A stretch of DNA of 64,000 nt from Chitinophagaceae bacterium. GTDB lineage: Bacteria > Bacteroidota > Bacteroidia > Chitinophagales > Chitinophagaceae. The notes under the pieces were generated by a model, which ran no database searches, was not told the origin of the DNA, and saw only the letters and a list, made by a program, of their open reading frames with translations. The translations under genes and the position numbers were made by a program. The first letter of the stretch is position 1; every line of letters starts with the position of its first letter. The stretch is taken from contig VFKL01000106.1 in NCBI GenBank assembly GCA_009885535.1, positions 83 through 64,082 on the forward strand, written 5' to 3'. Below, piece after piece: positions 18,185-30,100 of the stretch.

Positions 18185-21100
18185 ATGCGTAAATTCTACC
18201 TTACTGCTGCAAGAAAAATGAATGTGACCAACAAGAATGCAGTAAAAAAGAAACTACATTCGTTTTTGATGTTATTGTTGTTTTTTGTAGCTATTGCGTT
18301 TACAACGAATACAAATGCCCAAACGGCTGCCCAATATAGCTTTAGTGCGAGTAATGGTGGATATTCAGAAATAAGTGGCGATCCAATTTTGATAGATAAT
18401 GGAAACAGTGATGATGGATTTGCCAATGGATTTCCAATTGGATTTGATTTTAATTTTGGAGGCGTAACATACAATGAGTTTAATGTTAGTACAAATGGAT
18501 GGATTACCCTTGGTAACAATGGGGATAATAACATAACCAATTCCGGACTTACAAATAATTTTGCTACTATTCCAAAAACACCACTTATTGCTGCTTTGTG
18601 GGATGATATAGAAATATCAGATATTGGTAGAGATATTTCATTCAAATCAGCAGGTGGTGTGTTAACCGTTCAATTTACCAATATTCAATGGAGATACCTC
18701 GCTACTGTTTCTGAAGCTGTAATTAATTTTCAAATTAAATTATACGAAGCTACCGGAGCAGTTGAGTTTGTGTATGATCCAATCCCCGGAGGTGTATTAA
18801 ATTCGCCTTCTGCTTCAATTGGTATTGCAACTGCAAGCGGAGTTTACTTATCCGTAAATGGTACTGGAGCTACACCAACAGCCAGTTCAACAACAAGCAC
18901 CAATAATTTATCTGCTTTACCGGTACGTGGACAAACATACACATTTCTTCCTCCACCGCCATGTTCGGGAACACCGGTACCTGGAAGAACTTTTGCATCT
19001 GTAAACTCCGTTTGTGCTTCATCGGGTGCAACAGTAAATTTATCATTCGAAACTTTTGCTTTAGCAACAACTTTTCAATGGGAGCAATCTATTAATGGTG
19101 GTGGTACTTGGTCAAATGTGCCTGGATTAGGAACCAATTCAACATATGTTGCTACACCAACAGCTACAACACAATACCGTTGTAGAGTAACTTGTACTTC
19201 AAGTGGTCAATCTGGGAATTCAACACCAGAAACAGTTGTATATGATAATACTTGTATCGTAATGCCTGTAAATGGAGATGTAACTACTTGCTCGGCAACT
19301 TTTTACGATGCCGGAGGACCAACAGCAAATTATGGAGCTTTTGAAGTAAGACAATTAACCATAAATCCTTCAACTACTGGCGCAAATGTAAAAGTGGTAT
19401 TTAATAGTTTTAATACAGAAAGTAGATATGATGGTTTGATGATTTATAACGGAAGAACGGTAAATCCGGCTAATTTAATAAGCTCAGGGTTGCCAGTTGG
19501 AATAGATCCAACAACAGCGCCTGCTGGTTCTTTTCATGGAACAACTTCACCTGGTACCATCACGTCAACAGATCCTACCGGGGCATTAACATTTGTTTTC
19601 AGATCTGATAATATTATTCAAAGTACAGGTTGGAATGCAACCATTTCTTGTATACTTCCATGTGATGCAACGCCAACGCCAGGCGCTACTTTAGCTACTT
19701 CAACTTTTGTATGTAATGGCTTCACAACTACTTTGTCATTGACCAATAATAATTTTGCTGGTGTTACATACCAATGGCAATCTTCAGTTGATAACAGTTC
19801 TTGGAGTGATATTTCCGGTGCTACTTCTTCAACTTTTACAGCAGCTCCTACTTCAAATACTTATTTTAGATGTGAAGTAATATGTTTGGCAGCTCCGACA
19901 ATTCCAGCTTTCAGTACCTCTATCCAAATAGAAACTTCTGCTTGCGATGAGGTTTTGATGCCTTCTGATGGCTCAACTTTGCCTGTAAATACTTGTTCTG
20001 CATTATTTACTGATGGTGGAGGTACAAGAGCTGATTATATAAATAACTCTAACGGAACGGTAACTTTCAGACCAGCAACTGCTGGAACGAAAATCCGTGC
20101 AACCTTTACATCATTCAGCACTGAAAACAATTATGATGGGTTGATGATTTACAATGGAAATAGTAGTGGTTCACCATTACTTTCTTCAGGTTTACCTGCT
20201 GGTTTTAATGCTACTACAGCACCTGCTGGTTCTTATTACGGCACCCTCTCACCAGGCGTTGTAAGTTCAACAGCTGCGGATGGCTCTTTAACTTTCGTAT
20301 TTAAATCAGATGGTACGCAAGTTTCGTCTGGTTGGGTGGCTACAATTTCTTGTTATGTAGATAATTCTTGTACGGGCACGCCAAATCCGGGAGCAACCTT
20401 AGCATCTAATACAACAGTATGCTATGGAGGTACAACCACACTTTCAACTGCCAATACCATAAATGCAACGAATATTTTGTATCAATGGCAAAGTTCTCCA
20501 AATGGACTTTCATGGACAGATATTACAGGAGCTACATCAACTACGTACGTGGTAAGCTCGTTAACGACATCTACTTATTATAGAGCAACGGTAAGATGTA
20601 CATCTGTTGGAGGAGGAGTTACATCTTCATCACCTAATGTTCAAGTAGTTGTTGATCCAACTTGTATAAACATGCCAACAAGTGCTACATTAGCAACTTG
20701 TAACGCAAGTTTCTATGATAATGGGGGAGCATCTGCGAATTATACAGAAAATCAAAACAGAACATTTACTGTGACACCAACAACTGCAGGTTCTGTGAAT
20801 GGTCCGTTTTCAAGGGTGGTTTTTTCTAGCTTTGCACTAGATCCATCAGATACATTAAAAGTATACGATGGTACGAATACTTCAGTTTTATTAGGCGCAT
20901 ATACAACAAACCCTGGTACAATAACTTCTTCTAATACAACAAATGGAGGTTTAACTTTTGTGTTCAAATCAAATTCAACTTTAAATGATGCAGGTTGGGC
21001 TGGAACAATAAGTTGCTATACACCTACATTGTGTAGTGGTGCACCACCATTAGGTGATGTACTTGCGAGTATTGATACCGTATGTGCAAATGGCTCTACC

Positions 21101-24100
21101 AACTTATCATTGTCAAATGCAGGTTCTTTACCTGGAGGCTTAACTTATCAATGGCAGAGCTCTAGTAATGGTACAACTTATAGTAATATACTTGGTGCTT
21201 CTAGTTTACCTACCTACTCTCAAACAAATATAACAGCTACAACTTGGTATCAATGTATTGCATCTTGTAGTGGAGTTCCAACTACATTTAATAATGTAAA
21301 AGTATTGGTTACCCCAAGACCAGTTATCACAGTTAGTTCAGCCACAAACATATGTGGATCGGGAGCTGTTGTATTAACTGCAAGTTCTTCGGTAGCAGGT
21401 GCTACAATCAGATGGTATTCAAATGCATCAGGTACAGCTTTAGTGTTTACCGGCGCCACATTTACAACACTAATTATTTCAACCAATACGACTTATTATG
21501 TAGAAGCTGTTTATGGTGATTGCGAAAGTGGCATATCGCCAATCGTTGCCATCGTAAATCCATTTCCTTCAAATATTGTTATCACTCCACAGGCAGATAC
21601 CATTTGCGTATCACCAAACATCGACAGTTTAAGAACAACCGGTGGTTTATTTGCAGATGGTTCGCAAGCACCAATAACTTGGAGTCCAATTACGCATTTG
21701 TATACAGATGTTGATGCTACAATTCCTTACACGGGTACCAGTGCAACAAAAGTTTATATTAAATCTACTGCAGCAAATAACACTGTTATAAACTATATCG
21801 CAACTGCCGGAACGGGATGTAACAAAATAGATACCTCTGTAATTACATTTAGAGATTTTACACCTACCGTATCCATTGCCATTGAGCGTCCTATTGGCGC
21901 AATTTGTCCAAGCGATACCATTAAATTTAGAGCTACTCCTGTAAATGGTGGTAATGTTGGTCAACCCGCAAGTTTCAAATTTTTCGTGAATGATAGTGCA
22001 ATTACTGCTAACTATAGTACAACTGATACCATACGATTCCCAGGAGCTTTAACTAGCTATAGATTAAACAATGGCGATATAGTAAAATGCGTAATGTTGG
22101 TTAATCCGTTTTATACAAATTGTGCTACTTCAAACCAGTTTGTAAGTAATGCTGTAACCATGTCCATTAATACAGTTGAGCGTGATAGCGTTTTATTAAG
22201 CACACCTTCTACAAGTATTTGTACAGGTACAAGTGTTACATTTACGGCAACACCTCAAGCAAATGGAGGTACAGCTCCTGAGTACGAATTTTTAGTGAAC
22301 GGAACTGTTGTAAGATCAAGATCTGCGGTTGCAACATTTACAACAACCCCAACCAATGGCCAAGTGGTAACAGTAAAAATGTATTCTAACAAACCTTGTG
22401 TAACGCCAGTACCTGCGGTTAGTTTGCCTATAACCATGACCGTTACACCAATAACAGCGATAAGTGTTGTATTAAATAGCTCTGTAGGTACTACATCTTG
22501 TACAGGTGTAAACGTTGAATATTTAGCAGTACCTTCTAATAGAACACCAACATCAACATATCAATTTTTCGTTAATAATATTTCTGTTCAAGGGCCTAAC
22601 ACAGACAGTACTTATGCTTATATTCCTGCGAATAATGATCAAATAAAAGTGGTTTTCAATTCAAACTTTTCGTCTTGTTTAACAGGTAATCCGGCTACAT
22701 CTAATATCATAACGATGACGGTTAGTAGCAGTACAGTTTCTTCAGTAACCCTTACACCTTCAACAGCAATTTGTAGTGGGGTATCTAAAACATTTACCGC
22801 AAATCCAACAGGTGGTGGTGTTGCGCCTTTGTATGAATTCTTGGTTGATGGAAGCAGCGTACAAGGCCCAAGTACAACAGCAACTTATTCTCGATCAGCA
22901 ACAGCCAATTATAGCATAGAAGTAAGAATGACGCCTGATGGTTGTGGTTTGCCTAATCCAGCTACTGCTACTTTAGCACAAGTCGTAAATCCAACCCCTC
23001 AAGGAAGTTTATCAGCAAATACAATTTGTACCGGAGGTACTGGCCAACTTACATACACATCAACAACAGGAACAGGGCCATTTAGTTTAGTGATTAATGG
23101 TGTTACATATAATAGTATCGCAAGTGGAACTCCGTTTAATGCAAGTGTGAATCCAACATCAACAACCCTTTATACATTGACATCAGTGACTGATGCAAAT
23201 GGTTGTAACCGTACAACAGGATTCACAACAGCAGCTGCAACTATTACAGTTAATACATCACCATCAGTATCAATAACGAATAATTCAAGTGGTGCAACAG
23301 TATTAACTTGTACACAAACTTCTATAAATTTAACGTCTACACCAAACGGAGCAGGATTCACCGTTTTGTGGAGTAATACATCAACTAATTCAACGCAATT
23401 TATTAATACTCCAGGTATTTACACAGCAACAGTTACCCAAACCAGCACAGGATGTTCGACAACTTCTGCAAATGTTGTTATCACACAAAATGCAAATGAA
23501 CCAACAGGGGCAGGATTGTCAGGAACTTATTTTGTTCCATCTGGTGGAGCATCTTGTAGAAACTTTGCAACTATCAGAAATGCAGTTGACACTTTAAATA
23601 AATATGGAGTTTCTGGTAATGTTATTATTAATGTTAATGGAGGATATACAGAAACTTTAATACGCAGATTGGATTTAGGAAGTGCTACTTTAAGTGCTAA
23701 CACTGCTTTGGGAAGAACAATTACTTTCGTTAAAAATGGAGTTGGTGCAAATCCGAAAATCACTGCTCATACAGGTGTATACACCAATCCTGGATCAACT
23801 ACAATTGATGGTATGTGGAGTTTAAGTGGTGTGGATAATGTAATTATTGATGGAATAGATTTACTTGATGGGAATACACTTAGTCCAACAACGATGATGG
23901 AATATGGTTATGGATTGTTTAAAGGTTATTCAACAAAATCAGCCACAGGTCCAAATGCAACTACAACAATAAATGTAACCGACACCGTTGGATTAAGGGT
24001 AGGATCAACTGTTTGGGTAATATCAGGAACAGGTTCATTTACATTGGGGACTACAATTTTAGCTTTTCCAAGTACAACAAGTTTTACAGTATCTGCAGCA

Positions 24101-27100
24101 CCATCAACATTGGCATCAAATACAGTGATTGGATATAGTGTGCCAAACGATGGTGCACAAAACAATACCATAAAAAATTGTGTGGTTACATTAAATAAAG
24201 CGAACAATGTAGGTGGTGCAATTCCTGTATTAACCGGATCTGTCGGAATCGCATCATATAATTCAACATCTACAGTTGCAAATACGGCATTAATACCAAC
24301 TGCAAAAGAAGGCGGAAACTCAAGAAACAAATTTCATACCAATACCATTTCAAACTGTAGCATAGGTATTGGATTGAGTGGATATACAGGTATAAATGCA
24401 GGACGTGATACGTTGAATGATGTAGGCGGTGCTTCCTTAGCTACTGGAAATACCATTACTAATTTTGGAGGTTCATTGTACGTAAATGAGGTAAATGGAA
24501 TTCGTTTAAGGGGACAGTTTGATGTGAATGCATCTTACAATACCATCAATAACAATAATGGTGCTACAGCTAATCCATCAGGTGGTGTTGTGAGAGGCAT
24601 TTATGGAGAATCTGGAGTTAGTGCCGATACAACAATTATTACATACAACAACATATCTATCAATAATGGAAGTGCTCAACAATCATTTGGAATAGATAAT
24701 ACAATTGGTAATGGAATTTCAAATGGCAATGGAGTAAATATAAGTTACAACACCGTTACAGGTACTAATAATTCTCAAACACTCGGTAATTTATATGCCA
24801 TTAATAATACTGCATCTGTTGCGAACTTAAACATAAGTAACAATAAAATTCAAGATTTCTCAATGAATGGTGCTGGAGAGTGGCGTGGTATTTATAATGG
24901 TGGTGCTTGTAATAATGTAATCATGAACTTTGATACCATACAGAACAATAATTTGAATAATATCGGCAACACTATAACAACTCAATTTATTTATTCTGCG
25001 GCTTTGACTGTCACATCTTTGAACGCTACATTTAATAATAATCAAATTCTTAATAATACAAAAGGTTGTGGAAATAATTCTTTGGTATATGGAATAAATT
25101 TCCAAGGAGCTTCATTGTGTAATGCAACAATGAATAATAATACAATCTCAAATAATACTTTAAACAATACAGGTACGGGAACAATAGATTATTCAGGATT
25201 TAATTTAGGTGGTGCATCAAGATATACGCTAGATAATAATACGGTATCCAATTTTGGTATTAATGTAAATGCCGCTTCTGCAGTTATTTTAAAAGTAAAT
25301 GGTATTAGATCTGAAGCTTCTTCTATATTGGATTCATTTGTGAACAACACCTTAACTCAATTGTATATCAAGGGATCTTCAACCTCAACAGGCCTAAATG
25401 AAATTAGAGGAATTAGTACAAATTCTGGTGCAGGGTCTAGATTTTATTTCAACAATAATATTAATACATTATACGCTAAAGCAGATTACACTGCTGTTAT
25501 TACAGGAATTAGAAATCAAGCTGGCTTAACTGTAAATATTTTAAAGAATAAAATTTATGGTTTATATCCAGGCCAAAGTGCAACAACCGGATCAACTGCA
25601 AAGGGTATAAATATTGTGAGTTTATCTGCTTCTTCAACAGCTAATATTTATAATAATTTCATTTCAATAGATTTAAGTACAGGTGCTCCTGCTGGGGCTT
25701 CAGGTACAGCTTTAAATAATTTAGATGGCATTAGAGGAATTGAATTGGCATCGACGATAATTAATGCTTCAAATATTAACGTGCATAACAACAGCATTCG
25801 TTTGGCTGGAAGTGGTACAACCAATTTTGGTTCAACGGGTATTTATCAAGCAAATAATGTATCATCCACAATTGGATTACTAAATTTAAAAGGTAATATC
25901 ATTAGCAACGAATGTACCAAACAAGGAACAGGATTAATAGCAGCGTTTAGAAGGAATTCATTGGCATTAAATAATTATTCAACCGCTTCAAATTACAATT
26001 CTTTTTATGCAGGTGCAGACACCACAGTTGGTAAATTATTTTTAGTAGATGGAACTACAAATTTCAATGGGAATATCGCTGGCTTACGTACACGCCTAGG
26101 TGCAGAATCGGGTTCAATTTCAGTGTTGCCAACATTTGTGGCTCCTGCAACTGGTGATTTACATATTACGCCTTGTGCGGGTAGTAATAGTAGTTTTGAA
26201 AATGCAGTAATTGGCACAGCTTTGTTTGCAACCGATTATGATGGAGATACTAGATTAGATCCATCCGACATTGGTGCTGATGAAATATCGAGTGGTGCGG
26301 GTAAAGTAAATGCAGATGCTAGTGTTTGTAGCGGAAGCAATGGAGCTACATTGACTTTAACTGGACAAGTTGGCGTTACGAGTATTACCAGATGGGAACA
26401 ATCTATTGATGGAGGAACTAACTGGACGACTATTGCAAATACAACTACAACTTACACGTATTCAAACTTAACTACAACCACTTTATTTAGAGCTATCGTA
26501 AATACAGCTTCATGCTCTAATGTAAGTTCTGGCGCGGCTACAATTACGGTTAACTCAGCTCCTTCAATAACTGCTCAGCCAAATACTGTTGCTCAAAGTA
26601 CTTGTTTGAATATTGCTTTTGCAACGCCAACCGTTTCGATAATTACATCAGCGGCTGGTCCTACATACCAATGGTTTAGCAATACAACAAACAGCAACGT
26701 TGGAGGAACATCAATTTCAAGTGCAAATACAGCATCTTACACATTACCAAACAATGTGGCTGGTATGGTTTATTATTATTGTACAGTTACTAGCGGTGTA
26801 TGTCCAAGTACAAGTAATGTATCAGCAGGAATGACGGTAAATGCATTGCCAACAATAACATTAACTGATAATATAGCTGATTCAGTTTGTTTTAGTAGCA
26901 TATCTCAAAATTCTGTTTTAGAATTTACAGGTACAACAAATGGTGCAAATCAATATAGCATTACTTGGAATGGTACTCCTACAAATACGTTTGCTGCTGT
27001 AACAAATGGAACTTTGGCAACATCACCAATCACAATAGTAGTGCCAGCAAGTGCTACTGCAAACACAACATTCACTGGAAATATTTCTGTAATAAATTCA

Positions 27101-30100
27101 GCAACGGGTTGTGTTAGTGTTGCTACAACACCATTTACTTTAAAAGTAAAATCATTGGTAAATATTGGAAATCCTATAACCACACCACAAACTACCTGTT
27201 TGGGTTCTACGTTTACGATTCCAACTTTAACGGTTTCTTCAACATCTCCAACACCAACATACCAATGGTATAGCAATACGGTAAATTCAAATATAGGAGG
27301 TGCAATTTTAGGGTCGACAAATGGGGCACAAACAGCCACCTATTCACCTCAATCAAATGTGGTGAGTACATTGTATTATTACAGCACAATTACAAGTAAT
27401 GGATGTATTGCAACAACAAATCCTTCAGGCTTATGGTCTGTAACAACTGGCCCTACTTCAGGAGCATTAAGTGGAACTTATTACATACCAACAACAGCTT
27501 TAAATGATTGCAAAGTATTCTTAACAATAGCAGCAGCCGTAAACTACTTAAATGTAAATGGTATTTCAGCTTCTGTAATATTTAAAGTAGCTCCAGGATA
27601 TACAGAAACTTTGAGCAGTACATTGGCATTAGGAAGTACAACTTTAAACAATACAACCTCTACAAAAACCATCCGTTTTGAAAAGAATGGAGCAGGTACA
27701 AATCCTTTGATTACGGGTTATACAGGTGGAACTACAACATCATCATCAACAATACCAGATGGTATATGGAGTTTGCGTGGCGTGGATTACGTTACCATCG
27801 ATGGTATTGACATTAGAGAAAATGCAAGTAACACAACTGCTGCTTCGCAAATGGAGTATGGATATGGTTTATTTAAATTAGGTGTGGCAGATGGTGCTCA
27901 AAATGATACGATTAAGAATTGTACCATCACGTTAAATAAAAACAACACTACTCCATCAACCAATTTCTTTAATGGTGCTACAGGTATTGCCATGACAAAC
28001 GCTACAGCTGATGCTGCAAATACTTTATTAACACCAAATAACGTTACAGGATCTAACTCCAATAATACATTTATATCAAACACAATCAGCAATGTAAACG
28101 TAGGAATTGGAATAATTGGTTTCGCGGCAAATGATCAAGTATCTTTTGCAGATGTAAACAATTTAGTAGGAGATACCATCACTTCAACAAAGGGGAATTC
28201 AATTACCAATTTGGGTGGAGGAACTACAGCAAACAATACAGAAGTTTCAGCAGGTGTTTTATTGAAAAATCAATTGAATGCTTTAGTGGGTTACAACACC
28301 ATTACAGGAGCTGGTCATAATGAAGATCAATATGGTGTTAAATCAGATAATTCGGTTGGTACGGGAAGTATTGTAATCAAACTAAACAACATCAGTATTA
28401 CAGGAGCTGGAGATAGAAAATATGCTGGTATTGAAAATAATACTGGAGGTGGAGCATCTTCTATAATCAACATTACAAACAATACGTTGAATGTAAAAAT
28501 TCCAAATGGGGTAACAACTACAGTTGCTGCATCAGTAACAGGAATTAAAAATGGCTCAACACTTACTCCAGGTACAATCAACATTAGTAACAATAGCTTT
28601 ACGAATAGTACAATAGCTGGAGTTGGGAAATGGGCAGGGATTTACAATACTACCAACACAACGGCTGTTACTGGTGTTATTAACATGAACAATAACACCA
28701 TAACTGGAAATACAATTTTAGCAACGGGTACATTTAATGGGTTACAATCTGATGCAAATACTTATGGTACTCAAACGATAAGTACCAACACAATTACCAA
28801 TAATTCAAAAACCATTTCTGGTGTTACTGAATTGAGTTGGTTGAGTCAGAAACCATCAAGTGTAACAAATTGCGGAACGTTAAATATTCAAAATAACTCC
28901 ATACAAAATAATGATGTTCTAGTTGCAAGTGGAAATGGAAGTAATGTGAATGTTTATGGAGTTTATTCTTTTGGTATAAAAACTGGATCTTTATTTAGTT
29001 TCAGTGCCAATAAAATTCGCAAACTGAGTTTGAAGGATATTAATTCTGATAAAACAGGTAAATTATGGGGCTTATTTACAAATTCTAACGTTGCAGCCAA
29101 CATAACAGAAACGGTAGTTGACAATAAAATAAGCAATTTGTATATTTCTGCTGCGGCTGGAAGTTCTGCCACACACACAATAATAGGGTTACAGCTTGGT
29201 AGTACATTACCTACAACAACTGCTAGAAATATAATCCAAAACAGAATCGATAGTTTTTATGTTAGAAACAACGGAGATGCTACACCTTTATATGCATCAA
29301 CAGTAACGGGTATTTACATTCCAACAGGAACTGGTAATCACGCGATTTATACAAATAAGATAGCCCATTTAGTTCCTTTTGGTTCTAATGGTATTGCACG
29401 TGGATTCTGGCTTGGAATAACTCCATCAAGTAGCTTACCAGTAAACATGTACAACAATATGATTGAATTGGATTTGACTCAAGCATTTGATGGAGCTTCT
29501 GCTACATCATTAAATAATACCGATGCCATAAGAGGTATTGATATAACTGGAGGTGTGGCAGGAACTCCTTATAATTTCACATTCAACACCATTAGAATTG
29601 GTGGTTCTGGTGGTGCTAACTTTGGTACCAGTGTTGTAGATATGAATGTAAATAATCCAACGTATACGTTTAAAAATAACGTGTTTGTAAATAAATCTAC
29701 TCCAGGTGCATCAGGAAATGTAGCGGTGTTAAGGGCTGTAGCTAGTCAATTAACAGTCGGCACTAAATATAGCACTTCATCAAGTAATAACGCATATTAC
29801 GCTGGAGTTGCATCATCATCTAATTATTTGTTTACTGATGGAACCAATAATTTACAAACATTGGCTTTATTACAATCAAGTTCTAGGGAATTACTTTCTG
29901 TAGAAAATGCAGATCCTATATTTATTCGTTCTTCAGATAACCAGGATAGTTTGCACATGAATACAAGTTCAAATTGTGCTTTCAATGGTACTGGTGCTGT
30001 TGGTACTGGTTATACAACCGATATTGATGGAACTACAAGATTATCGCCTCCAGATATGGGCGCTGATGAGTATAATACAACAGGTGGTGGAGTAGGTGAG